From NCBI GenBank assembly GCA_964607575.1, contig CAZSLS010000002.1, positions 25,304 through 89,303 of the forward strand: a stretch of 64,000 bases of DNA. Reading direction: 5' to 3'. The position numbers and the translations under genes are program-made. This DNA is from an uncultured Planctomycetaceae bacterium. Lineage in GTDB: Bacteria; Planctomycetota; Phycisphaerae; SM23-33. Positions 10,901-19,234 of this stretch are shown here, piece after piece (the first letter of the stretch is position 1; every line of letters starts with the position of its first letter). Below the pieces are notes generated by a model. The model was not told the origin of the DNA, made no database searches, and saw only the letters and a program-made list of their open reading frames with translations.

Positions 10901-11115
10901 TCGGCGGGATCGGTGTCGAGACCGTGGACTAGCAGTCTGTCGCTGGTGTGCAGAGCGGCGGTGAGCTTGCCGCCCCCGCAGCCGACGTGTACGGCGATAC
11001 CACCGGATACGCCGGACTCGCCGAGCAGCTCAGCGGCGGGCGGGGCGGCGTGGGCCGAACTGAACGCAATCAGGAGCAGCGAAATCGAGGCAAGTGCGAT
11101 CTTCCAGTTATTCAT
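7924..11115 (-). CDS. Secreted fusion of a class-I methyltransferase-like Rossmann domain with PQQ-like (BamB-like) beta-propeller repeats
   Basis: The start is placed at MNNWKIALASISLLLIAFSSAHA (signal peptide); the ORF-track extension to 11634 is untranslated-looking. VHVGCGGGKLTAAL…LDTDPADV resembles SAM-MTase motifs I/II. Multiple …DGKLLWKRD… and …TGKKLWSAD… PQQ-type blades follow. Confidence 0.6.
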   Translation of the reverse strand: MNNWKIALASISLLLIAFSSAHAAPPAAELLGESGVSGGIAVHVGCGGGKLTAALHTSDRLLVHGLDTDPADVARAQKHIDSLGLYGKVSAERYDGKNLPHGDNIVNLLLIEAPAKLTAKEIERVLTPRGVVLIKSDSALLKTSGLKKTGQIGGWTEYTKPWPEDIDQWTHFLYDASGNAVSRDRKVGHPRRLQWWAPPKHARHHDALASLSAMTSSNGRLFYIYDEGSISVVHRPPDWKLIARDAFNGKLLWKRDIPTWMTHLYNFRAGPKQLPRRLVSVGDSVYVTLGLTAPAVKLDAATGKTLATYPGSDKAEELIYHDGMLLVVKGDPNILIAKSDKCFGYWQLAVHEKALIDKSIVAYDAKTGKKLWSADGENLKRITPLSLCARGDKVFYLDSEQLHCLSAESGKQQWASEFKTEGQFIRSYAPTVVVRDDVIMCLTWNRLHGFAVKDGKKLWENKGSIGFGSPGDLFVIGDKAWTAPMRKSIWRKSRTNKKGMVTTGINIPGENFLKQAKTGVGVDINTGEITDELPFVRNQHHHRCYRNKATEKYVLIGHSGIQLVDVKTKKNATNQWVRGICQYGIMPANGYIYVPPDPCQCYNSMRINGFFALMESSSADEVKIVPALEKGSAWTDVSGRKDSPSPDVLFSKDGWPTYRGGISRSGSAKCELGDKLKRKWEAKLGDNLTAPVIAGDKVFVAQKDAYTVHCLARADGKVKWKFLAAGPIDSPPTIYKGLCIVGCSDGSVYCLNAADGRLGWRFKVSAVERRVGSGNRLESPLAVSGSVLIMEDVAYFAAGRSSFLDGGIRLYGLDVWTGEQKYSRIVASGYWGKDRKGKGALVDVLISDGNTIAMREMRMSKTLRPGGKGGGTIVSSTGLLDSTWFHRKGWKYRKVAGQLVAYNDGVTVGVGNPYTRLKHIRKSQAEKYKQDGHLHQKFTRYEKDFFVFGSKISAVGKKKSARGPAATSWSIEEMIQPRAMVLAGKKLFLAGWLDSMAIELKTGRPKSPGDPDPHESVLQVYSVDDGKRTGQYKLESDPVFDGAAAAYGQLFISLKNGKVVCMD

Positions 11116-11316
11116 CTCGTGTCTCCAGGACCGATGAGGGCATCTGCGGGAGGTAATTTCCAGTTCAAGAATACCAACAACCGCACCGCTAAAACAAGCA
11201 CCGAAACGCGCCGCCGGCCGGTCCGTTGGCGGTTGCGTGCGGATGGAGGGTGTGGTACTTTGCCCGTCGAGGCGCGGCGTGTGAGGCGCCACCGCCACTG
11301 CTATCGGAGAATTGCG

Positions 11317-12324
11317 ATGAGATTGCGAATTGTTGGTCGAATCTGTGTTGTCGCCGCCGTGCTGGCCGCACTTGCGGGCGGATATATGGCTGCCGGCGGA
11401 CCGGAGGCGAATCGCAAGACGCCCCCCGGCGAATCGCTTTACACCAGGCTGCAGCGGACGTCGGTCGAGATCCTGATCGACGGGCGGATGAGCGGCTCGG
11501 GATGCTTCGTCAGTTCCGACGGTGTGATCCTGACTGCATGTCACGTGGTCAAGGACAATGGCAAGCACATCGAGATCGTCTCGCCGGTGGCCGGTCGCCT
11601 GACAGCCAAACGGATCGCGACCGACCGCGGGCACGATCTGGCGCTGCTTCGCGTAGTCGGTAGGAAACGAAAATACCCGTATCGCGAGGTAGCCCCCCGC
11701 ATACCGGATGCGTTATCGGAAGTAACGCTCTTCTGCTCGCCGATGTGGCGTCACGGTCTGGTACTCAAGGGTTCGGTGGCCAGGGAAGCACCGTCGTACT
11801 GCTGGCAGACGGCGCTTAACTGCTACGTTCGATGCATCTACATAGACGGTGCCTCGCCGGTCGGATCGTCCGGCGGATGCTGGACCGACTCGCGCGGGCG
11901 GATCGTGGGCGTCCAGAGCGGGTACCTCAACAACACCGACAAGTCGCCGGTGGGCATCGCCTTCGCGGCGCCGCCAGATGCGATAGCAAAGCTGCTGGCT
12001 GACAAGGGCGACCGTGAGGTGGCCACGATAGGCGCGGCGATAGAAGAACTCTGGACCCAAAGCCAGGGATTCATCGCCCGCCTTCCAAAGGGCACGCAAG
12101 GTATTGTCACGCCGCGCATAGACAAGGGCGGACCGCTGGACAGGGCGGGCATGACACACGAGACGCTGATCCTGGAAATCGACGGAAAATCGGTGACATA
12201 TCTCGATGAGTTTCTGAAGATCATACAATCGAAGAAACCCGGCGATCAGGTCACGCTGAAGGTGATCGAACCGATCGGTAAACCGCCTCGAGAGGTCAAA
12301 ATCCGCCTGGCGAAGGTCAAGTGA
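11317..12324 (+). CDS. Trypsin-like serine protease with C-terminal PDZ domain (HtrA/DegP-like, S1C)
   Basis: Catalytic histidine context GSGCFVSSDGVILTACHVV and serine context GSSGGCW are present. The C-terminus has a PDZ-like …ILEIDGKSVTYLDEF…KKPGDQVTLKVIE. An N-terminal TM/signal MRLRIVGRICVVAAVLAALAGG is present. The start was set at the internal ATG (11317). Confidence 0.65.
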   Translation: MRLRIVGRICVVAAVLAALAGGYMAAGGPEANRKTPPGESLYTRLQRTSVEILIDGRMSGSGCFVSSDGVILTACHVVKDNGKHIEIVSPVAGRLTAKRIATDRGHDLALLRVVGRKRKYPYREVAPRIPDALSEVTLFCSPMWRHGLVLKGSVAREAPSYCWQTALNCYVRCIYIDGASPVGSSGGCWTDSRGRIVGVQSGYLNNTDKSPVGIAFAAPPDAIAKLLADKGDREVATIGAAIEELWTQSQGFIARLPKGTQGIVTPRIDKGGPLDRAGMTHETLILEIDGKSVTYLDEFLKIIQSKKPGDQVTLKVIEPIGKPPREVKIRLAKVK

Positions 12325-12416
12325 CGGATCGCCCGGTATCAGAGACTGATAAGATCCAGCCGCGAAATAGCCGATTGTGTTATTAACCCAGCTCCCTTCC
12401 AGCGAGCACAGTCAAC

Positions 12417-13019
12417 ATGATCAAACGCACCTTCGACATACTGGTCTCGATCCTGATCCTTATCTTTCTACTGGTGCCGATGCTCTTGGTTGCCCTGATG
12501 ATTCGCCTCGGGTCGCCGGGCAATCCTATCTTCGCCCAGCGGCGGGCGGGGAAGGGCGGAAAGGGATTTACCATACTGAAATTTCGCACCATGCGCATCG
12601 ACGCCGATCCGTACGGTAGTTCTCCGCATTCCGGCGAGGACCCCAGGCTCACGCGGTTGGGCAGGTTTCTCCGCGAAACGAGCCTCGACGAACTGCCACA
12701 GGTGTTCAACGTGATCGTCGGCCAGATGAGCCTCGTCGGCCCGAGACCGCTGTACGAGCGTCATGCCGCCCAGTGGAATCCGCACCAGCGCCGGCGTCTG
12801 GAGGTCCTCCCGGGAGTCACCGGATACGCCCAGGCCTACGGGCGGGGTCAACTTACTATCGAAGAGAAGATTGAAATGGACGTCCACTATGTGGATAATC
12901 GTAGTTTCTGGTTCGATCTGCGAATCATTCTGCGAACGGCTGGCAATATCTTTCGCCGCAGGGGCGAAGTTTACGAGAAGCAGTACAGTAGTGACAGGGA
13001 GTACGAGAACGATCGCTAG
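12417..13019 (+). CDS. Bacterial sugar transferase (small monotopic phosphoglycosyl transferase, WbaP/PglC-like C-terminal domain)
   Basis: The gene starts at ATG 12417. The N-terminus has a re-entrant helix, and the protein carries the characteristic …GKGGKGFTILKFRTM…DELPQ…NVIVGQMSLVGPRP… motifs. Confidence 0.85.
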   Translation: MIKRTFDILVSILILIFLLVPMLLVALMIRLGSPGNPIFAQRRAGKGGKGFTILKFRTMRIDADPYGSSPHSGEDPRLTRLGRFLRETSLDELPQVFNVIVGQMSLVGPRPLYERHAAQWNPHQRRRLEVLPGVTGYAQAYGRGQLTIEEKIEMDVHYVDNRSFWFDLRIILRTAGNIFRRRGEVYEKQYSSDREYENDR

Positions 13020-14028
13020 ACAAGAGGTCAATATCCTGTTCACGTGTGCCGGACGCCGCGTGGCGCTGATGGAAGCATTTCGAAAGGCCATCGCGAGTCT
13101 CGGTCTGAAAGGCAAGCTGATCGCCGCGGACCTTTCTGCCGCTTCACCGGCATGTCACGTAGCCGACGCCGCGGAAATCGTCCCGCGCGCCGGTTGCATC
13201 GAGTATATCCCCGGACTGCTGGATATCGTCAAGAAGTACAACATTTCGCTCGTGCTTCCCATGACGGATCTGGACATTCGCTCCCTTGCCCGCCAGCGGG
13301 CGAAATTCGACGCGGTCGGTTGCTCGGTCATGATCGGTAGCGAAGAGTCGATCAAACTCTGCCGCGACAAAGCCGCATTCCAGGACGTTCTTTCATCGGC
13401 CGGACTGGCAACCATAAGGACCATGACCCTCGAAGATTTCCGCGCGGACCAGTTCTACCCGTGCTTTGTCAAGCCGCTGAGGGGCTCGGCTTCGGTCGGT
13501 ACCGGCGTAATAAACAACGATAAAGAACTCAAGGCACACGTCGCCACTTTCGGAGAACTGCTGGTTGTCCAGGAATACGTCCCCGGTCAGGAGTTCACGG
13601 TGGATGTTTTCCGAGGCCGCGACGGAACCGTCCACTGCATCGTACCGCGCCTTCGGATGGTCGTTCGCAGCGGAGAGGTCGAAAAGGGCATCACCATCAG
13701 GGACAAGCGAGTCATGGAAGACTCCGCTAAACTCGCCGGTCTGCTCGGTGACCTATGGGGCGTTTTCTGCTGCCAGTGCAAAATCGAGACCGGCGGGCGA
13801 CCGCGCTTCTTCGAGGTCAATCCACGCTTCGGTGGCGGATCGCCGCTGTCGATAGCCGCCGGAGCAAACCTGCCACGCTACGTCCTGCAGGAAATCCTGG
13901 GCAAACCGATCGACAAGGATATCGATTTCCAGGAGAATATGATGATGCTGCGATACGATCAGGCCGTCTTCACCGTGGAGAAGAACCCCGAATCTCTACC
14001 GGGTTTCGACTCGCCAATTTCAAAATAG
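12991..14028 (+). CDS. ATP-grasp domain protein (carbamoyl-phosphate-synthase-like ligase fold), likely sugar/polymer modifying
   Basis: …NILFTCAGRRVAL… is a pre-ATP-grasp Rossmann region, followed by …FVKPLRGSASVGTGVI…ELLVVQEYVPGQEFTVDVF…FFEVNPRFGG…. The start is uncertain. The ORF-track start at 12763 overlaps the upstream gene, so I chose an in-frame GTG at 12991 after the upstream stop. Confidence 0.55.
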   Translation: MTGSTRTIARQEVNILFTCAGRRVALMEAFRKAIASLGLKGKLIAADLSAASPACHVADAAEIVPRAGCIEYIPGLLDIVKKYNISLVLPMTDLDIRSLARQRAKFDAVGCSVMIGSEESIKLCRDKAAFQDVLSSAGLATIRTMTLEDFRADQFYPCFVKPLRGSASVGTGVINNDKELKAHVATFGELLVVQEYVPGQEFTVDVFRGRDGTVHCIVPRLRMVVRSGEVEKGITIRDKRVMEDSAKLAGLLGDLWGVFCCQCKIETGGRPRFFEVNPRFGGGSPLSIAAGANLPRYVLQEILGKPIDKDIDFQENMMMLRYDQAVFTVEKNPESLPGFDSPISK

Positions 14029-14053
14029 CCGCCCCACCGCCTTACCATATAAC

Positions 14054-14743
14054 ATGCCAGGCAATCCGGCGAGAAACCATGCCGTCGTCTTCGACCTCGA
14101 CGATACGCTCTATGCCGAACGCGACTACGTCCTTAGCGGTTACGGGGCTGTAGCTGAGCATTTGAGCGACAACCCCGCCCGCGCCGACGAGTTGTGCAGG
14201 TGGCTCTGGGAGCGTTTTCTCGGCGGACAGTCTACCGGCGCATTCGACGCGCTCAACGGGAATTTCTCACTGGGTCTGGGAGAGCGGCAAGTCGTCGAAC
14301 TCGTGGAGGTCTACCGGAATCACCGCCCGCGTATCGCCCCGCGCCAGGGCGTACCGCGCCTCCTGGAAAAACTTCAACGCATCCGCATGCTGGGGATCAT
14401 CTCCGACGGTTTCCTTCCGGCACAGAAGCTCAAGCTCGACGCGCTTGGTATTGCGGGGTATTTCGACGCGGTCATCTTCACCGAGGCGCTCGGGCGGGAC
14501 TCGTGGAAGCCCTCGCCGGTCGGCTTCGAAGCTCTCTGCGGACAACTGCAACTCGACGCCGACCACTGCACGTACGTCGCGGACAATCCATCGAAGGACT
14601 TCGCGGCGCCCAACGCGCTTGGATGGCGAACGATCCAATTGCTCCTGGACGGGCAGATCCACTCCCACAAACCCGCTCCCGGGGGGGGTGAAGCTCAACT
14701 GGTCGTCAACTCGATCGATGAATTGGACGGCGCGGTCACATGA
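14054..14743 (+). CDS. HAD-superfamily hydrolase
   Basis: Motif I is VVFDLDDTLY (DxDxT). A downstream …GIISDG… and the lysine and aspartate contexts are present. The protein is 229 aa. Confidence 0.7.
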   Translation: MPGNPARNHAVVFDLDDTLYAERDYVLSGYGAVAEHLSDNPARADELCRWLWERFLGGQSTGAFDALNGNFSLGLGERQVVELVEVYRNHRPRIAPRQGVPRLLEKLQRIRMLGIISDGFLPAQKLKLDALGIAGYFDAVIFTEALGRDSWKPSPVGFEALCGQLQLDADHCTYVADNPSKDFAAPNALGWRTIQLLLDGQIHSHKPAPGGGEAQLVVNSIDELDGAVT

Positions 14744-14749
14744 CGCCCA

Positions 14750-16255
14750 TCAGTCGCGCAGCCGACGTGTCGAGGACGGAGGCCTCCTCGAGGGCCTCGA
14801 ACTTGCCTTGCGGCGCGGCGTGTCGGTCCCGAACGGGGATACCGCTTTACCCGCGGTGCAGTGCGTACACATGGCGGTTTTCGCTCCCCTGCAGGTACTG
14901 CACGTCCCGGACCCGCCCCTACCGTTGCAATATGGACAGACGGAGGTCCCCCTCAACTCGGCTTTCTGCTTGCTGCAAGTGGAACACGGGCCCGAACGCG
15001 ACGAGCCGTATCGCGAGCGATGCATTATACCACTACCACTGCACGTGCGACATTTCGAGTATTTCTTGTAGTAAACACCGCCGCGCCGCACCTTCCCGCT
15101 GGCAACCTTACCGCGACCCGAGCAGCGCGAACATTTGAGACGCCACGTGCCCCCGCACGAGCGACACTTGCCCCGCCCGGCGCCCTTACAGTAATGGCAT
15201 TTGCGCAATCCGGTGGCCTGACCGTTGGTTGTGCAGCCCTTACAGGGCATCTTCCCGGTTCCAAAACAATACGAACATACCAGCGGGTCCACATTCCCCA
15301 ACTTGGCGAGGTCCGACTTGATCTGGGACAAGCTGAGCTTCAACGCTGCGGACATGACGTCAGCTCCGGTATGCAATTTCAGCGTACGTTCATAGTAGAC
15401 TTTGGCGCGCCCGAGCATTCTGTATTTCACCACCGCCACCGGACTCTTGGACAACTCCTTGTAGTACCAGTCGCCCAGATTCTTGCAAGCATCAACGCTC
15501 TGTTCGGAGATGTCCTTGACCGCCATCGGGACAAATATCCGAAACCTCTCGTCGACATCCTCGTTGACGTACTTCATCGCTTCAACCGGATCGTTCATCG
15601 CCGTCACCAGCATCGTCACCAGATTCGAGCGGGCATCGAGATCGTCGGGGGTTTTCTCGAGAGTCTCGATATTACCGGCGATCTTGTCCTGGACCCTGGA
15701 GAGATACGACGATGAGCGTATGTAGCCCGCAAGCCTGTTGGGATTTGGCAGCCTGTAGGCCACCATCACCACCTTGGCCTCGTTGAACAGACTCGATGCC
15801 TTCTTCCATTGACCCTTGGCTGCACTGGCGCCGCCCGCCTCGGTCAGCGCCGCGACGGCTGCTTCGGCCAGTTGCCGTTTCTCGGTCGAAGACTTCGACA
15901 GGGTACACCATCGGCGGTAGACGGCGGCCTTGCGGGACAGCCAATGAGCCTTCCTGCCGGGATCGGACCTTGCCAGATCGGTCAGGATACCCTGGAACTT
16001 CCTGCAGTCATCGACGGTCCTGAGGCTCTTTATTCCGTATTGCACGGCCCGTTCCAGCAGGGCGATCTTCAATTTGCTGTTGCCCTCCGCCAGGGAGACG
16101 GCCCCCATTAGCAGGGTGGATCGCTGGCTGTCGGTGCGTGCGTCCTTGATAATTTCCTGGACAAACGCTTCGATTTCGTCATCGGACTCCGCCGAAAGCG
16201 TTCCGGCGACCACCAGCAACGCAATGAGGACAAGTGTGATTTCTCTCAATTTCAT
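14750..16255 (-). CDS. Secreted protein with C-terminal DnaJ-CR-like CxxCxGxG zinc-finger repeats (paralogue A)
   Basis: The start is set at MKLREITLVLIALLVVAGTLSA (signal peptide). The C-terminal ~150 aa has more than eight CxxC pairs (CSYCFGTGKMPCKGC…CHYCKGAGRGKCRSCGG…CSRCSGRGK…). It is paralogous to 16417..17817 over its whole length. Confidence 0.55.
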   Translation of the reverse strand: MKLREITLVLIALLVVAGTLSAESDDEIEAFVQEIIKDARTDSQRSTLLMGAVSLAEGNSKLKIALLERAVQYGIKSLRTVDDCRKFQGILTDLARSDPGRKAHWLSRKAAVYRRWCTLSKSSTEKRQLAEAAVAALTEAGGASAAKGQWKKASSLFNEAKVVMVAYRLPNPNRLAGYIRSSSYLSRVQDKIAGNIETLEKTPDDLDARSNLVTMLVTAMNDPVEAMKYVNEDVDERFRIFVPMAVKDISEQSVDACKNLGDWYYKELSKSPVAVVKYRMLGRAKVYYERTLKLHTGADVMSAALKLSLSQIKSDLAKLGNVDPLVCSYCFGTGKMPCKGCTTNGQATGLRKCHYCKGAGRGKCRSCGGTWRLKCSRCSGRGKVASGKVRRGGVYYKKYSKCRTCSGSGIMHRSRYGSSRSGPCSTCSKQKAELRGTSVCPYCNGRGGSGTCSTCRGAKTAMCTHCTAGKAVSPFGTDTPRRKASSRPSRRPPSSTRRLRD

Positions 16256-16416
16256 CTGTAGTTTTCCCTTGCCCGTCGCAAGAGGGGCAGGCAAGTGATC
16301 CGAGGCGACTACCTCCGACCACGAGTAGCACTTGGAATTGTATACCACGGGAGGGGCGAACAGCAACCTTTTTGCAGTTGATCGAGATGCGGGACCCGGA
16401 CTGTACACCGCTGGTC

Positions 16417-17817
16417 TTACGGGCAATTCGTGCAGCGCAGAGTCTTCTCCCCGTCGCATTTCGAGCACGCCTTGGATCCCCCGCCACCCTCGCAATCAGT
16501 GCAGGTATCGCTTCCTTTGGGGCGATGATAGCTGCAATTCGAACACGTACCGGAACGATAGCGTTTGTACCTGACGCTATAGTGAATATTGCCCCTTCCC
16601 GAGCAGGGCGAACAAGTCCTCGATGAACGCTGCTTACCGTAGTAGGTTTTCACCATCACGTACACGACGCCCCTACCGCCACAGGTCTTGCACTTGAGAC
16701 CGTATTTCCCGTTGCAACTGGCGCACTTCATCCGCCCGGTACTCTTGCACTTGGCACACTGTAGTTTTCCGGTACTCTTACCGCCGACCATGCATGGCGA
16801 ACAGTCCGTCTTACCGGCCGCAAAACAGTACACGCATATCAAAGGATCGACCTTGCGCAGCTTGGCCAGTTCAGCTTCGATCTGAGAGATCTGGTGTTTC
16901 ATCGCCGCGCTTGCGATGTCGGACTTGTCGTGAAGCGACAGTGCCTGCTGGTGGTAGGCCCTGGCCTTGCTCAACATCTTGTACTTGACCAGCGAGACCA
17001 TACTTTTCGACAGTTCCTTGTAGTACCAGTCGCCCAGGCTCTTGCAGCCTTCAAACGGTACTTCGGAAATACTTTTTGCCGCCAGGGGAACGTATGCCTG
17101 GTATTTCTGGTCGACGTCGTCGTTGATGTACTTGGCTGCGCTAACCGGATCGTCGAGCGTAACCAGGAGCGTCTTGACAAGATTCGACCGCAGATCGGCA
17201 TCATCGGGTGTTTTGGCCAGTGTCGCGGTGTATTTGGCGGCCTGTTCCTGGGCCTTGCTGAGACTGGCAACGGTACGCAGGCGAATCGACAGGTTGCTCT
17301 TCACAAGCTGCTTGTAGAGAATCGCGGCAGATCTGGCGTCGCTGTAGGCGGACATGGACGTTTTCCAGTCGCCCTTTACCGCGGCGCTGTGCCCGGCCCG
17401 TACGAGCAGGGCAACGATCTTAGCCCCAATCTGGTCCTTCTCGTCCCTGGATTTTGTCAGGGTGTAAATGCGACGATATATCAGCGCCTGCTGAGAGAGC
17501 CAGTGTGATTCCCTCTCGGGTACCTTTTCGGCAAGTATGCCCACCGCCTTCTCGATCCTGCTGCACTCATCGGCAGTCCGAAGGCTCTTCATCCCGTACT
17601 CGACGGATTTTTCCAACAGAGCGATCTGCAGCTTCTTGTTGCCTTCGGTCAGAGAAACCGCTTCCATGAGCTTGAGCGACCGCTGGCTGTCGGTGCGCGC
17701 GCCCTGGATGATCTCTTTGATGAAATCTTCGGTCTCGTTACCGCACAGCAACCCCGCGAAAAAACCCACGACCGCCAGAGTAACTACGACCCGTGATTTG
17801 ACTGCTCTAGATTGCAT
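16417..17817 (-). CDS. Secreted protein with C-terminal DnaJ-CR-like CxxCxGxG zinc-finger repeats (paralogue B)
   Basis: N-terminal signal/TM (VVVTLAVVGFFAGLLCG) is present. The C-terminus has CVYCFAAGKTDCSPC…CAKCKSTGRMKCASCNGK…CKTCGGRG…. The N-terminal domain is about 50% identical to paralogue A (…ARTDSQRS…AVSL.EGN.KL.IALLE…SLGDWYYKELSKS…). Confidence 0.55.
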   Translation of the reverse strand: MQSRAVKSRVVVTLAVVGFFAGLLCGNETEDFIKEIIQGARTDSQRSLKLMEAVSLTEGNKKLQIALLEKSVEYGMKSLRTADECSRIEKAVGILAEKVPERESHWLSQQALIYRRIYTLTKSRDEKDQIGAKIVALLVRAGHSAAVKGDWKTSMSAYSDARSAAILYKQLVKSNLSIRLRTVASLSKAQEQAAKYTATLAKTPDDADLRSNLVKTLLVTLDDPVSAAKYINDDVDQKYQAYVPLAAKSISEVPFEGCKSLGDWYYKELSKSMVSLVKYKMLSKARAYHQQALSLHDKSDIASAAMKHQISQIEAELAKLRKVDPLICVYCFAAGKTDCSPCMVGGKSTGKLQCAKCKSTGRMKCASCNGKYGLKCKTCGGRGVVYVMVKTYYGKQRSSRTCSPCSGRGNIHYSVRYKRYRSGTCSNCSYHRPKGSDTCTDCEGGGGSKACSKCDGEKTLRCTNCP

Positions 17818-18068
17818 ATCGCCACATTCTTATTTATACGCACAGCACACCGGGAAGGTTACAAATAACCTCACCGACCACGATCATATCCTGAAAGTCA
17901 CAGTAATTCGCAGGATTCAACCCACAAGTCTATACCATACCATACGTTCGTTTAGAACGCATATCAAGCGACTTTGTTGCAAAACAACAAGGGCGCCATC
18001 CAGACCTCAAACGCTCAGCATACCTATCAGACGCCTCGTTTGCCAGTTTGGTTCCCCGGAAATATCGT

Positions 18069-19100
18069 TCAGGCTTCTTTTGCGAAGAATTCCCCGATCG
18101 CAGCCACCAGGGTATCGATGTTTTCGCCGGTAACGTCCAGATGGGTCACGATGCGAATCATCGGTCCCCCGAGCATTTTCCCGCCGAGGATCAGAATGTC
18201 CCGCTCGGCGAGAAAGCCCACCAGGCGGTCCACTACGTCGTGAGACATTGACGCGAACACCATGTTTGTCTGGACGGCGTCGTGATCGACAGATATTCCG
18301 TCGATGTCGCTCAAACCCTCAGCCAGTCTGGCGGCGTTGGCATGATCTTCGGCGAGACGCTCGACGTGCTGCTGAAGTGCGATGATACCGGCCGCGGCCA
18401 ATATACCCGCCTGACGCATACCGCCCCCAAGCACTTTCCGCCATCTGCGAGCCTCCTTGGCAAGCGGTTTGGTCGTACACAGCAGCGAACCGACCGGGGC
18501 GCCGAGCCCTTTCGACAGGCAGATCGAGACCGAGTCGAAGTGGCGTGCAATGTCGGCAACCGGGGCGGCAAGTTTGACCGCCGCGTTGAACACCCGCGCC
18601 CCGTCGAGGTGTATCGCCAGTCCGCGGTCCCGCGTGAAGGCTTCGGCCCGGGCGAGATACTCCATCGGCAGCGCGATCCCCCTGTGCGTGTTCTCGAGGC
18701 AGAGCAGTCGCGTGCGCGCGAAATGGAAATCGTCGGGCTTGACGACATGGGCAACCTTGTCGAGGTCCAGCGTACCGTCGGGCTCGAATCCCAGCGGTTG
18801 TGGCTGGATGCTTCCCAGTACAGCCGCCCCACCGCCTTCGTATTTATAGGTGTGAGCGTGCTGTCCGACGATGTACTCATCGCCCCTCTGGCAGTGCGCC
18901 AGTACGCCGATAAGGTTGCTCTGCGTACCGCTGGGCGCGAAGACGGCGGCTTCTTTGCCCAGCATCTCAGCCGCCAGAGATTCCAGGCGGTTGACCGTCG
19001 GGTCTTCGCCGTAAACGTCGTCGCCAACTTCAGCCCGGGCCATCGCATCTCGCATCGCCGCGGTGGGCTTGGTTACCGTGTCGCTTCGCAGATCAATCAT
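18069..19100 (-). CDS. ltaE: Low-specificity L-threonine aldolase (PLP-dependent)
   Basis: MIDLRSDTVTKPT… is the canonical N-terminus. …GTQSNL…, the lysine context …ICLSKGLGAPVGS… and overall colinearity support the call. The start is set at MIDLRS rather than the longer ORF. Confidence 0.8.
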   Translation of the reverse strand: MIDLRSDTVTKPTAAMRDAMARAEVGDDVYGEDPTVNRLESLAAEMLGKEAAVFAPSGTQSNLIGVLAHCQRGDEYIVGQHAHTYKYEGGGAAVLGSIQPQPLGFEPDGTLDLDKVAHVVKPDDFHFARTRLLCLENTHRGIALPMEYLARAEAFTRDRGLAIHLDGARVFNAAVKLAAPVADIARHFDSVSICLSKGLGAPVGSLLCTTKPLAKEARRWRKVLGGGMRQAGILAAAGIIALQQHVERLAEDHANAARLAEGLSDIDGISVDHDAVQTNMVFASMSHDVVDRLVGFLAERDILILGGKMLGGPMIRIVTHLDVTGENIDTLVAAIGEFFAKEA

Positions 19101-19109
19101 TGTTTTTTT

Positions 19110-19220
19110 AGCCACGGATGAACACGGATAAACGGCAGGATTTTTTGTAACGGCAACGACCGGCATGTCGTAGCCCTTACAAAGAATCTTATCCGTGTTC
19201 ATCCGTGTTCATCCGTGGCT
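19110..19220. repeat. Perfect 20-bp inverted repeat (AGCCACGGATGAACACGGAT / ATCCGTGTTCATCCGTGGCT) with a 71-nt spacer, plus a tandem ATCCGTGTTC direct repeat
   Basis: The arms at 19110-19129 and 19201-19220 are exact reverse complements. The right arm is preceded by a direct duplication of ATCCGTGTTC (19191-19210). The element lies between the ltaE start (19100) and the stop of the upstream gene (19235). Confidence 0.7.
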
Positions 19221-19234
19221 AATCCTTTTGAGAG

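Noticed and set aside
7924-11634. N-terminal 173-codon extension of the ORF-track protein (to 11634); similar upstream extensions occur for 34177..36216, 10948..12324, 14750..16495, 18069..19202, 22206..23342, 56088..57992, 58017..59000, 59097..61598, 61964..62731, 61919..63514 and 51522..52757
   Set aside because: The extensions have non-coding composition. The homologous protein and signal peptide begin at an internal Met or Val that has a Shine-Dalgarno. In two cases the extension would overlap the upstream gene (cysD/cysNC, PGT/ATP-grasp).
19110-19220. Rho-independent terminator call for the long inverted repeat
   Set aside because: The 20-bp stem has a 71-nt loop. The T-run lies on the 5' side for a plus-direction transcript, and the element is followed by an A-run on the minus transcript. 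This is not an intrinsic-terminator geometry, so it is reported as a repeat or structured element instead.
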